A stretch of 64,000 nucleotides of DNA, taken from positions 3,782,001 to 3,846,000 of the forward strand of contig CM030332.1 in NCBI GenBank assembly GCA_017654855.1, in the 5' to 3' direction. The DNA comes from Podospora anserina. Taxonomy: Eukaryota. Both the position numbers and the translations under genes were made by a program. This document shows positions 12,278 through 24,337 of the stretch, one piece after another; the stretch's first letter is position 1, and the number at the start of each line of letters is the position of its first letter. The notes under the pieces are model-generated. The model was not told where the DNA came from and made no database searches. It worked only from the letters and a program-made list of their open reading frames with translations.

Positions 12278-13410
12278 GTGCCACCGAAAAAAAAAAAACA
12301 TCAACAAACATTATTACCTGCCCAGCGGGAGACGTGGTCAGCAATCAAAGCCAGGTGGGTTCGGCACTGCAGATGCCTCTGGAGGACATACACACCATCT
12401 TATCACAAATCTTCCTGGGGAGAGGGGGAAAAAATTGGGACGGATAGGAGGGGGACAGGCTGGCAGGATATGACGACTGAAAGATGTTACGACCTGATAG
12501 ACGGCTTGGCCCCTCGTCCGCCTTTTTTTTTATAATTTTCTTTTCTTTTTTTTTCTTTTTCGATTCACAAACACTTTTGTCTATTCTTCATACCTTTTTT
12601 CTTATACGGCTGGGGTTGGGCCTCCACACCTGCCCTTTTTGGTTTCAATAACCACATAATCCTGGATCATACCTGGCTTCTTGACAGCTTTTACGATGGA
12701 CTATTCCTTGGCCTTTTGTCCAACTTTTGTCAACACAGGCAGATGTAGGGGGTTTTGTTCATGTTGGGCTTTTTCGTTATATTCTGCCTGTATATACTTT
12801 CAAAATGTTTGTTTGGGAAAGGAGAGACATGCCGAGTTTGGGGGGGTTTTCACACTTTTACGCATACAAAACATTACCTCCTTTTTTTTATTTTACTTCG
12901 TTCGGGTTTGTTGTGGTCCGCCTTGTTACCTTTTTTTTTTTTACTTGGGTTTCTTATCACTACTTCTTCATTTATATACCCCCATTTATCAGCATCATCA
13001 TCATTATCAGCATTAAAAGAAACATTGAAATACCAACACAAAGCTCACACACACACACATTGGGATTTGGGGCGTTTGTAATGGGTTTTGTTTTGGGGGG
13101 AAAGGTTGGAAAGAGAGGGGGACTGGGCGGAGGAAGAGGTGGGAGAGGAAAAGGGGTGTTAATTAGGATGAGGGGAACAGAGAGAGTATATATATATAGA
13201 TGTGTCAATCAAAGGCTGAAGCTTTTCAACCACTGATATGTTGATGTATGTCTGTGGGCTTGTTCTTGACTATGTATGTTAAGTTTCAAGATTAAAATTG
13301 AGGACAGACTGTAATACTATTGTTTTAAGAATGTTACTGTTAGTGAGAAGAGAACAAATAACAAACACTTTCTTTAATCATAAGTCATTATCACCTAGAA
13401 TTAATTCTCT

Positions 13411-13520
13411 CTCACACACACACTCCCACACACACTCCCACACACACTCCCACACACACTCCCACACACACTCCCACACACACTCCCACACACACTCCCA
13501 CACACACTCTCACACACTCT
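13411..13520. repeat. 12-bp minisatellite (CTCCCACACACA) x7 perfect plus degenerate flanking units
   Basis: Perfect units span 13423-13506; degenerate units at 13411 and 13507. Confidence 0.95.
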
Positions 13521-14283
13521 CTTTCATACTTGTATAGGATTATCTATAGTTAGCATAAATTGTTAGCTATCAGCTAGCTATAGATGATTCCAATCGTCTC
13601 CAGCCGCTATACACCGTTACCGGCCGCAAAATTTAGCTCCAAGCTTTAGGGTTTATTACTTTATGCCATAAGTTCTCTCTTTGTCTCTATGATCCGGCTA
13701 CATCCTGGAGAACGTAACGAGTTCTTATTTTTCTTTGAAATCCAACACCTCTCCCATCCTGATCAACCACTCCTTTTTTCCACCCCTCAACTACCCCCAT
13801 ACAAAAAACTCCTAGAGCAAAGCAAATTCGCAATTATCAAATATCCTCCTCCTCTATTGATCTACCCTGTGCGTGAATGAGTATCGTAATGTGATGATAT
13901 GCCTTGAGAAAAACGCTGAAAAGTCTGAGGCATGAAGACGAGGCGATGCTTGCTTGTCTGGTGTGGTGATAGCCCACCCTTTGACCCCCTCTCTGCCTTT
14001 TACCCCCTTTCCCTCTCCCAGCACCACGCAAAGACAAAAAAATGAAACTCCCCTCTTTAATGCACCGTGCCGCCCAATGCTGTGAATGAAATGCAATGCG
14101 CATGTTTGTGACCCCCTTCCCCTGAAAAAAAAACCCTTATGTCGTTATATACAGTATCGTCCGATGCACGTAAGTCGTCATCGAAACAAAGAAAAAAGCT
14201 TCGTGAAACATCGACTGAGATAAAAAAAGTCAATGCTATGAACGCAACCCGCATTCTAGGGGATGGATCCACTATGGCAGATG

Positions 14284-17200
14284 TTAACGAGGCATGGCCG
14301 AAATTCCACCTCCGCCTCCACCCCGAGGGTAAGACGAGCCCTTGCTTCTGCTGCTGCCACCTGCCGATTTGGCTGAAGAACCTCCACGCTTGCTTACACC
14401 TCCTGAATTGCGGCTGTATCCGTTGCTGCCCCGTCCACCTTTCTTCTTGTAGTAGGACCCGCCACCGCTTCTGCTGCCATAGCCAGAACCTTGATGCTGA
14501 GAGTTGGAGGCGGCTTTGGCAAGCCTCTCAGCATCAGCTTCCCTCTGCATTGCTTTAAGCTCTCGATGAAAGGCTGCCACCTCGGGGTTCACATAGGGAG
14601 CGCCAGCGCCATACTGTGATCCACTCGCCATATCTTCCTCGTCGTCAAAGTCACCAAATTCCTCCTCTCCATCACTGATCACAATGACGTCTCGATTCCC
14701 CTTCTTCCTTATATGAGCATTGGGGGCGATTGTGGCAGCGCCAGAATACTGATTTCTGCTGGGATCCTGGTTGCTCATCATCTCCTGGTACTGTTGGTGC
14801 AGCTGTTGAATCAGGGGCACAAAGCGAGAACCCCACTGGTCTACTTTGTCAGGAGTGACGCCGCGGATGGTGTACATCTTGGCCGGAGTCGTTGTCCAAC
14901 GAGCGATCATTTCGCGATACTGTTGATCAGTGAAAAAGGGGCGAATATGGTTTGTCTCGGCCCTAATCTGAATCTCAAGCTGCTTCGCTTCAAAAAGGAA
15001 ATGATCCGTGATACCTTGATGGACCTGGTCCAGTTGAGAGAAATCAAATGGCCTAAGCTCATCCAGGGTCTGCTGGTGCCGTGTAGCGGTGCGATGATGA
15101 CGAGATGGGGCGGCGGCGTCAAAGTCCACTTCCTCCTCGTAGTCCGATACCACGAAATTGTCCTTGGCATAGCCATTGGCATGTCGCGGCCTGTGGTCTT
15201 GGATATCTTCGTCTTCATCACCGGAACCGAGTTCGTCTCCAAAATCTCCTTCGGCCTCATCATCAATTAACTGTCGACCCCGCCGAGGCGCCAGCCGCTT
15301 TCTCGCTGGTGCAGAAACAGGCGACGACACATTGGTAGAGGGCGGTACTCGAACCATTGCTTCGGATTTGACCAGGCACTTGCGGGAGAAAAGATCCTGC
15401 TCGGGCATCAAGATGGTCAGTCTTGTCCCGCTGGACCAGAAGTGTCTGAAATTCTCCTTGGAGACCTAAGACACAGGTGTTGTCAGTACAAAGGCAAAGA
15501 TAAACTCAAGGGTGTTGTTGCTTACGTGGTAGTAAAGATTAAGACCGCCGTTTGCGCTCGTCTCCGCTGTGCTATGAATTATCTTCACCCTCTCCATCTC
15601 GATAATGACAGGATAGATGGCTGTGTTTTTGATGCCGGGTGCTACGCCAAAGCCTGGCAGGTGTTGGTAGTTCTTCTTATCTCGCCCGGCCATAGCGGAA
15701 GCGAGTTTACCGATAGAGCCGCCTTTGGCACCCATGCCGGGAATCAAGTCAATGATAGCCTTGGCCCAGTCAGTGCGGTCCACCTGCTTAAGAGTGACTT
15801 TCTCGCCGAGAAGGCAAAAGTCACACTGCTTGTTGCAGTTGGCAGCATTGAAGTCTTCCCCAAAATACCCCAGCAGCTGCGTCCGACGACAAGAAGTCGT
15901 GTTCAGACAATAAAACGTCATCCTATCCAGCAGCTCCAGCTGCTTGTCCTTCTCAGCCTGTGACCGCACGTGCTTGCCGTCCTTATCAAGCTCATCTTTT
16001 TGCACCATGCGCCTCAGACTGGTCACGTCGCCGTAGGAAAAGTAAAGGATGCAGTCGGCAGGCTTCCCATCACGCCCAGCACGCCCGGTCTCTTGATAGT
16101 ACCCTTCCATGGTTTTTGGAAGAGAGACGTGGATGACAAAACGCACATCTGGCTTGTCAATTCCCATGCCAAAGGCTATCGTGGCAACAATGACGTGAAT
16201 TTCATCATCCTGCCACTTCCGCTGAATCTCCGGCCTGTCGTCCAATCCGGCATGGTACGGCGCTGCCTTGATGCCATACTTCTCCACAAGCTTCCCAGCA
16301 ATGCCCTCACAAGAAGCGCGGGACGTCGTGTAGATGATGCCGGTTTGATTCTTGTATCTGGTGGCGATCAAACTGCCGAGCGGGTCGACATAGGTTGGGG
16401 GTTTGGGAAAGACCTCATAATAGAGATTGGGCCGGTTGAAGCTCTGCGTGAAGAGTTTACAGCCTGTCATTCCAAGCTGATGCTGAACATCTTTCCGAAC
16501 ACTCTCGGTCGCCGAGGCGGTTAAGGCCATCACCGGGACACCTGGGAACTGCTTTCGGAACTCGCCCAAAGCTTTGTAGTCGGGACGAAAATCGTGACCC
16601 CACTGACTGACACAATGGGCTTCATCAATGACCAAACGAGCAAACTTGCCTCTCTGGTGCAGCATCTTAAGTGCGCGCCGGATCTGGGTATTCTCGTTGG
16701 CGAGCATCTCCGGGGTAACGTAGAGCAGCTGGTAGAAATTTTCCGGCGTCTCGTGGTTGAGTTTCCCCAGTATATGTCGTTTGTGAGCTGCCGCCAGGTT
16801 TCCATTGAACGCCACAGCCAGGATATTGATCCTTTCCATGTGCTCAACTTGGTCACTCATCAAACTGAGGAGAGGTGACACCACAATGGTAACACCTTTT
16901 GTTTTTCCACTTTGAACAACCGCGGGAAGTTGATAACACAACGATTTTCCCCCTCCTGTCGGCATCATGACAAAGGCATCCTCTCCGGCAAGAGTGCAAT
17001 TGATGGCTGGGAGCTGGTTATGGCGGAAGTTGACGAGCCGAAAGCGGTCTTTCAGAGCTCGAAGGACATCTGCAGACCAGGGAAACTGCAGGAGCTCAGG
17101 CGGAATGGCAGTCTTCCGTACCACAGGTGGTGCAAGCTTTGCAAGAGCTCGCCTGGGTGGTGCGGGAGCACTATTGCTAGTGGCCTCAGACAACGTAGAG

Positions 17201-19509
17201 CGGGCAGCTGTTCGCACAGCGGCAGTCGCTGAGGGTGCTGACGGGCCTCCTGAAAATTGCTCATATACGCTAAGCAACAAATCGTCCGGGACATCGTCTT
17301 GTCCATACTCGTCTATCTCGGCCGCCTGTGTTTGGGTCCTGTTGTGCGCCCGTGGTGGTGCAAATTGCGAGGCTGCCTCCATAGCAGCAAGTTCGTCCTC
17401 GTCAACATCGAAGTGATTCGAGCTGCTTGGCACAGCTTGATGGTAGGGTGGCTGGACCCGAGATCCCGAGAACTGAGTATGTTGTTGGTTTGGTGGGAAG
17501 TGCGGAACTGGCGGTCGAAATTGAGGAGCAGCAAACTGAGCCGGTGCAGCAAACTGGGATGGGCCTCGCTGAGATTGGCTACCAGAGTATTGCGACGTGG
17601 CGGGGGGCTGACTAGGACCTGTAATTAAAGAAGGGCATTCAGGAATGATGCGTCCCTCACTCGGAGAAGTCCTGGCATCGGCCGCATGGGCCTGTGCCCT
17701 CGGGGAAGAGTCGGCAGGCGCAATGGAGTCGTTTTGGTTCTTAAGAAAATCGAGATCATCGACGCCAGCCTTGATGAGGTGGGCGATGAGTGTTTTCTCT
17801 GCGGTCTCGATTTTTTCATCGAGTTTCAGCAGCTGTTCCTCATCCTCCTCTGTGTCAATGCCATCGCGATACGCCTTCGCAATCTTGTTTACCAGGGCTT
17901 CCTGATCACTGTTCAGCGTTTTGTACGAGGCATGTGACTCCTGGAGAGAAAGCAGTGCTTTCTTCTTATCCTCCAAAGGCTTTTTCGCATTCTTGATGCG
18001 CTCGCGCTCTTGATTACGCTCTTCTTTCAACCCCCTCTGAGTCAAAAATCTCCTAAAAGCTTCTGCGTTCTCCTGGAGCTGGGAGTCCACAAGTTGCAGC
18101 ATCTCATCCAAAACCGAGGGCCGAGAAAGAAACAAGCCCAGGGTATGCTTGTTACGCTCAATCTCAGAGCCGAGAGAAGCCTCCGAGGCTGGGTTTTGCC
18201 CCGAGCTGACAGGCTGAGGCACCGAGGCTTGGGATCCCTGCGTGTTACCGACAGTCGCTCTGCTCCCGTTGCTGACGACATTATCGAGTTCCATAGGCAT
18301 CGGCGCCGGCGCTTTCGAGGGAGTCTCCTGAATGGAAAACTCCATGTCCACATCCATATCTTCAACTCCTGGGGGCGACTGAGCGTCGGGCGATCCGTGG
18401 GAGGCCGGCGTGGTGAATTCATCCTCCGAGTCGTAGACAACATCGGCACGCTTCGCCCGTTTGTTTGACGAGTTGTTGGCTGGGGTACATGAAGCGTCCA
18501 CCTCCTCGTCCAAAAAGTCGTCGCTGTTGAATTCGGCAGTCGCGGGCGACTTTCGCTTGCGAGCGGATGCTGCGACAGTTGGGACGGTTTGAGTGGGTAC
18601 AGCAGAACTACCATGAGCGGCTTCACGGCCCTGGACCGTGGGTTCCTTAAACGCACGGCTTGTTCCGGGCGGGCAAGGGGTAGAGATATGCGTCTTCACA
18701 TCTGAAGGCGCCGTGGCGCTGCGTTTGAGAGCTGAGCGGACGGCTGAGGAGGGCGGGACGATCTCATTGATGTCTGGATACTCTTCGTCAAATTCGTCCA
18801 AAGTCTTGATAACTTTGGTCTGCTGATAGGGGTTCGCTTGGCCACGGCTGGAGACAGGCTCAGGGCGCTCGCCATAGTCCTCTCGCCACAACCTCTTGTC
18901 GTCGCCAAAGCCCACCACAGAGCTGGACCCATCGTTGCGATCTTCTTCGGTGAGATCAATGGGGTCGGAGAGGTCGTCAAACTCGACCTTCACGCGGGCG
19001 CTTGTCTTAACGGGCGGCGGCGGCGAGGAAGAGCTTGCCTGGGGCCGGACAGCAGCATTGGCGGAATAGGCGCGCTGCAAAGCTCCGATCTGTGTACTTC
19101 TAGTAGTAGAGACCGGAGTGGGGAGTTGCTGTTGCTGCTTTGTCGCCAATGTTGGCCGGCGGCTGTTGTAGGCGGACAGCTTTGCCATTCCGCTCGCGTC
19201 GTCGACGTCTACCTCATTGGTGGAAGGGGTGGCAGCGAGATGTGATCCTCGAGTAGAGGCAGTGCCATGAAGAGGGTCCTGGGGGGCAGTGCCAGTCTGT
19301 GATGGAAAGGCACCGGCAGCCGGAGCACTAGGAAATGAAGAATGGTTAGGTCGTGAAGTGCGTGAAGTGCGGGTCACATCGGCAGCAGGAGGTGGAGGGG
19401 TGTTGTCGAAAGGGTCTTGGGCATCGGGTAAAGGTGGTCCCGATGGCCTCAAGCGCGTCGTCTCTCTCAAGAGCCACGACAGATGAGCACTCAGATTGTT
19501 CCGAGTCAT
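14284..19509 (-). CDS. sgs1: RecQ-family DNA helicase (Sgs1/BLM; QDE-3/MusN-like), ~1721 aa; exons 19509-15526 and 15465-14284
   Basis: Helicase motifs MPTGGGKS, VIDEAHCVSQWGHDFRPDY, ALTASAT, ATIAFGMGIDKPDVRFVIH, YYQETGRAGRDG; RQC zinc motif CRR..LGYFGE..CNKQCDFC; N-terminus MTRNNLSAHLSWLL typical of filamentous-fungal Sgs1. 60-nt intron 15525-15466 (GTAAGC...CTGAC...TAG). Confidence 0.95.
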
Positions 19510-19672
19510 GGGATCGTACAGGAACCTTGGGCCCCAACCCGAATGGCTCGCATCGATGTTGAGCACAAGGAGAGGATTGCGAGGAAAGAGGGGGGTGGTG
19601 CTGAGAATCCCTGGAATGGCTCGAATCACTCTGAGTGCTTGTGTGAGGATGGGTGGATAGGGCATTGTGAAA

Positions 19673-19699
19673 ACGCGTTGAGAGCGCTCCCAAACGCGT
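19673..19699. promoter_or_regulatory. Two MCB boxes (ACGCGT) upstream of the RecQ gene
   Basis: ACGCGT at 19673-19678 and 19694-19699, about 165-190 bp before the ATG; MCB elements are typical of MBF-regulated replication/repair genes. Confidence 0.65.
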
Positions 19700-19885
19700 C
19701 GTCATGTGCTCCGCCAAGCCTAGGCGCCCGCTAGCCCGCTAGGGTAAGGTGCGCCAAGATCCAAGTGAACTGAGCTCATCCTGGGTGGCCCAAGCTCACT
19801 CTACGGGGACAGTGAATTGGGACAGTGAACTGAAGTCTACACCGTAACGACACTGGCCTAACGGTGCGACTCTCAAGTCCGACGA

Positions 19886-20559
19886 TCAGGGAATTTGGAC
19901 AGTAAAGTTCCCGCGTATGGGGAAGGGGATTGAGCGATGAAGTGCCTGCGGACTGGGAGTGGGATTGAGAAGAGGATCGGAAAGGGGAAGTGTGAGCAGA
20001 GCTGGCGCAGCAGGGTGCGTGCTTGTGTGAATATCTAGGGTGTCAAGTCGATGCTTACCTCGCGTGCTCGCCCACGTGGTCCATGGTACCCAGGGGTCCT
20101 GGGTGTCCCGAGGAGTGGCTTGAGTGGCCTGGGTTGTAGTCTCGCGCGTGGGCGCGGTGATGGTGGTGTCCTGAGGACAGGAAGGCAGAAGCACTGGTAG
20201 GCGTGGGCGCGAGGATGTCTCGCGCGCGAACTCGAGGGCTGGTTGACTGCCAGATGTTGGTGGTTTAGGAGAAGGTTGGGAGGCTTCGGAGGAATACTGG
20301 AGGTGGTTAAATACCTGGGACTGGGAGCAACTATGGAAGGCGGTGGTCTGGGCTTGCAAACTCACTTGCCGGGAGCTACAAGTTCGGATTTTTCAGATGA
20401 CACTCTTGGGATATCTTGGCAGGTGCTCGCGGCAGGCTCTTTGATTGAAAACGCGTGCGCGTGCCCGTCTGGACTGCTGGCTGGGAATGAGGTCGTCTCC
20501 GCGTTGGAAGACGACGGAATCTTGCTCCCTCGCGCGTCGAAGGAAGGAACACTCGACAT
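19886..20559 (-). CDS. Possible small spliced hypothetical (Ser/Thr/Pro-rich) protein; 3' end uncertain
   Basis: ATG at 20559; donor GTGAGT at 20365 and acceptor CAG at 20247 join ORF 20362-20559 in frame with ORF 19886-20365; a second consensus donor GTAAGC at 20058. No recognisable domain. Confidence 0.3.
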
Positions 20560-22690
20560 GGTGGTGTTGTCGACAAAGTTAGCACATGGAGGTTGATAGA
20601 GGTACGATGGTCATGCCTTGTTTGTTTACACCGAGACACAGAACACATGTCCATACGATAGTACATATAGATGTTTGCCCTCTTAGCTTGAAGCTCTCTG
20701 CCAGACTACAACATCACAGGCACTGGACATTTGTGTGGGTTTGTTTTTTCTAATGCCAATCTTTCTATGCCGTGAGATGTGCAGAGACTATTGGATAATG
20801 TAAGATCTAAAGGGGGCTTGGAGATGCAAGAGAGCATCTTGTCCCAGGAAATATCTCCACAATCAGGGGTGCCGTAGACTTCAGAACAAGCGCAGACCGA
20901 CTACGGGAAAGGCAGGCTGAGTTAAGAGACAGTAAATAAATAGAAGTGAGATAGACTAAGTACGGATGATTCATTAGTATAACGAAAGAAAAAGGTAGTG
21001 TACTACGTGAGCACACAGGTGAATGGTGATTTACACCTGATCTTTGCTCTTGCGCTAGAACACTCTTCTTATCATAAATCAAGTTTATAATCCGCGAGCA
21101 CGCGGAAGGGATCAGAAGGCCAGCGCGTCTACGCGCGTATGAAATCCAAGCATGACCTATTCTTGCACCTGGACACCCTCTTTTTTGCAAACAATATTTA
21201 TGATCTGTGATTACATGTTGGAGATGAAAACATTGAGCGCGTCTGGATCTTGGCTTGGATGATGCTGAGATAGTTTGTGAGCATGAAACCCTGAGGCAAA
21301 TAATAATATGGTTCTGTTGGGAGTAGAAGTTTGAGTAGTGGCACATATATAGTTTTGGTGATGGTTCAGTAGTCTATCCATGGGTTCTTTGTGCCTCGAC
21401 TAAGCTGGAGCATTGTCTTCATGCATACCCTGCGAATAGTTTTGTATTCTGTTTCCTATACCCATTGTCTAGACCCTTTGCGCCCCCCAACCCTTCCCCC
21501 CATTGAAACTACATACTCGTGTTACACTGCAACAGACAGGCGTTGTTTTTTTCTTCGACCATCTCCAATATGACTTTGGGTGCCATATTGGACTGAACAA
21601 CCCCAGCGTCATTATTCTCTTCAACATTTCATCTGAGCTTTGAATTTCATGAGACTACATAAACACGTCTATGGCTCAAGGGGTTGATTCTGAATTGTTC
21701 GAGTGAAATGGGCAAGCGTCGAGTGCGACGCGGAATTGTAAATAGTGCGTTCAGACTCAGAGGCCTACTTCGCCAAACGTCCCAGCTTTGCAAACCCTTT
21801 GTTTCTTTAGAGGATGAGATTCCGCACCCAGAAACTGATTCCTACCAAGCTCCAAGCTCCAAGCTCCAAGCTCTCAACTTGATAGCAGAGAATCAGTTTA
21901 GGACAAACCCATGTCGGGGTAGGTTGAGGCTGGGCATGATGATACTTAGATATTGATCAGTGCTTCATCACACAGTAGCATTCACAATAATATTATACAG
22001 CAGAACTTCTAATGAGTGAGTTAATCCTTCAAGATTTATTCCCCATTGATCCTCTCACCATTGCTTCATTGACACCGGCGATGTCCCATCCAGGGGCTCA
22101 GGGGCAAATGCCAAGACTGCGACCCAGGTTAGGGTTTCTTTCAATCGGGCACTGTACGGAAACGAAAAAAAGTGAAATTGGCACACAGGTCAAAGAGATC
22201 GAACCCGGGGAGAAGACAGGCTTCTTTGACCTTGGGTTGGATTCCAATCGTCCCTTCCCGTCTTTGATCCCAATAACATGGACTTGGGTCGGTTGAGAAC
22301 AATGGCCGATTACCTAAGCACTGTCCATGCTGGATTTAGACACTGTTTCCACGGCACGCCCAGGCACTAACAGCACCGTCGGATCCTGTCAGCTCTAGCG
22401 GTGCTCGGCTTCGTTGGACGCCCCGGGCCCCGGGCTCGAGCTGGTATTATTCTGAACAACACATCCCTTGAACGGGACTGCTCAACACCATCACTCCCGA
22501 TTCTTTGCCACATAATCGATCCATTGTCGAAATCTTCTCGAGTCGTAGCAATCACACCTCGGTTTTCTGGCACGATTAGCATGGAAAACGGGGAGCTGCG
22601 CGAGCCGCAACATCAGGGCCGTATGTAGCCAGCAACCGAGACATCAACGCCCCAAGACATCCCCAGATCCGACCTTCAGTTTACTTCATC

Positions 22691-24337
22691 ATGCCCCCGC
22701 GCAGGTCGCACAAGAAGTCGCGGGCTGGCTGCCGTCGTTGCAAGGCGAGGAAGATCAAGGTGTGTATGCGCCTTTGGATTTTCTATTCGTCAGTTATTGC
22801 TAACACTCAATGCGACCAGTGCGATGAAGTCCACCCACGATGCGGCAACTGCGTAAAGCACGGCGTCGCTTGCGACTTTGAGCACCCCGAAGTCCTCGCC
22901 GACCTCCAAGCCGCCGCCGCAGCAGCAGCTCAAACCCCCTCCACCCCCGCGACGACTGTCAACTTCGGCTCCCCCATCGTCCCCTCCGCCGGCCACCTTT
23001 CCCTCGCATCCGCTCCGCTCGCCCGACCCCTCCCCCCACCTCCCATGTCCACCACCACCGCCCCGGGACATCGACTCCTCGAACTCAAACTCATGCACCA
23101 CTACACAGTCATGACCTGCAAAACATTCACCTTCACCGCACCCGTAACAGAAGACATTTGGAAAATCACCGTCCCCAACCTCGCCTTCTCCGGCTCCCAA
23201 CACCTAGCAGACTCCATCCTCGCCGTCGCCGCCCTCCACCTCCGAAGCATCAACCCCAACGACAAAGAAATCGTCCGCGCCTCCCACGCCTACATGGCCG
23301 CCTCGCTGGAAGAATACTCGGCCACCCTCAACCAAGGAATCAACCACACCAACGCCGAAGCCCTGTTTCTAACCGCAGCCCTCATAGCCTTCCAGTCCAC
23401 CGCCACCCGCGTCTTCATGAAAGACGAAGGCCTAAGCATAAACTCCTCCTCCACCTCCTCCCTCTCCTCCGACCCATCAAAACGCCACCAGCAACCAGGC
23501 TGCTACGCCATCCCCTTCACCTGGTTCCACTCCTTCCAAGGCGTCAAAGCCATCACGGCCGCCTCCTGGCAGTATTTACGAGTTTCACCGGTGGTAACCC
23601 AGGTAATCAACTCCCAAGCCGCCCTCCAACTCGACTTCCGCACCGGCCCAGAGACGTTTTTTGGCCATTTGTTGGAAGGGCTAGAAGAGGAGCTGAGTAA
23701 CCCCCCTTCTAGCTTTGACGCTCGGGTGCCGTTGACGTCGAGACCGTTGCCACCACCAAACAGCCCGGACCATATTTCTGCCACGAGACAAGCCTACCAG
23801 CATGCGGTGGCGGTGCTGAACTGGGCGCACAAGATCCCGCACAAGGGCGCGCCGTTGGCGTTCCCGGCTACGGTGTCCAAAAGATTCATTGAGCTACTTG
23901 AGGAACGGCGGCCTCGGGCACTGGCGATTTTGGCGTGTTTTTTTGCCTTGTTGAAGTCGCTTGATGGGGTTTGGTGGTTGCAGGGGATGGCGAGACGGGA
24001 AGTCCTGGGGGTTGTGTCGTTGTTTAACAGTGATTTTTTCGGGCCGGACGCGTATAGGAAGTGGTGGCCTCATTTGGAGTGGGCAATGAGGATCGCGCTT
24101 TTCGAGCCGGAGAGGGATGGGAATGGGCAACAGGGGGGGATGCCGATACCGCCAGAGGTTTGGGGGAGTGATTGGTTTGCCGAGGAGAGGGCGCTGGAGG
24201 AGCAGGGGAGGGAGCAGGGGGATTACTTTGGGCATATTGAGCTGTTGAGTCAGATGAGCAGTGCGGTGAATAGCATTCCGACTGTGCCGGAGTATGCTGC
24301 TATGATGGCTGGGGCTAGAGGGCAGGGGGGGAGGTGA
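22691..24337 (+). CDS. Zn(II)2Cys6 transcription factor, Upc2/Ecm22-like (~528 aa after splicing intron 22760-22819)
   Basis: RRSHKKSRAGCRRCKARKIK/CDEVHPRCGNCVKHGVAC zinc cluster; LLELKLMHHY...T..T and W...VP.LAF...ILAVAALHL blocks and the P.ALAILA.F C-terminal block typical of the Upc2-like family; intron GTGTGT...GCTAAC...CAG. Confidence 0.9.
   Translation: MPPRRSHKKSRAGCRRCKARKIKVCMRLWIFYSSVIANTQCDQCDEVHPRCGNCVKHGVACDFEHPEVLADLQAAAAAAAQTPSTPATTVNFGSPIVPSAGHLSLASAPLARPLPPPPMSTTTAPGHRLLELKLMHHYTVMTCKTFTFTAPVTEDIWKITVPNLAFSGSQHLADSILAVAALHLRSINPNDKEIVRASHAYMAASLEEYSATLNQGINHTNAEALFLTAALIAFQSTATRVFMKDEGLSINSSSTSSLSSDPSKRHQQPGCYAIPFTWFHSFQGVKAITAASWQYLRVSPVVTQVINSQAALQLDFRTGPETFFGHLLEGLEEELSNPPSSFDARVPLTSRPLPPPNSPDHISATRQAYQHAVAVLNWAHKIPHKGAPLAFPATVSKRFIELLEERRPRALAILACFFALLKSLDGVWWLQGMARREVLGVVSLFNSDFFGPDAYRKWWPHLEWAMRIALFEPERDGNGQQGGMPIPPEVWGSDWFAEERALEEQGREQGDYFGHIELLSQMSSAVNSIPTVPEYAAMMAGARGQGGR

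Noticed and set aside
13411-13520. Regular repeat array as possible CRISPR or HSHT-repeat protein
   Set aside because: No spacers, eukaryotic context, no cas genes; the ORF 13298-13537 is a by-product of the minisatellite.
19510-19665. Track start of RecQ at 19665 and kar9 at 8433
   Set aside because: Non-ATG starts; ATGs at 19509 (MTRNNL, family-typical) and 8382 are preferred.
22185-22215. GGGTTCGATC (minus strand) resembling a tRNA T-loop
   Set aside because: Flanks do not form a T-stem or cloverleaf.
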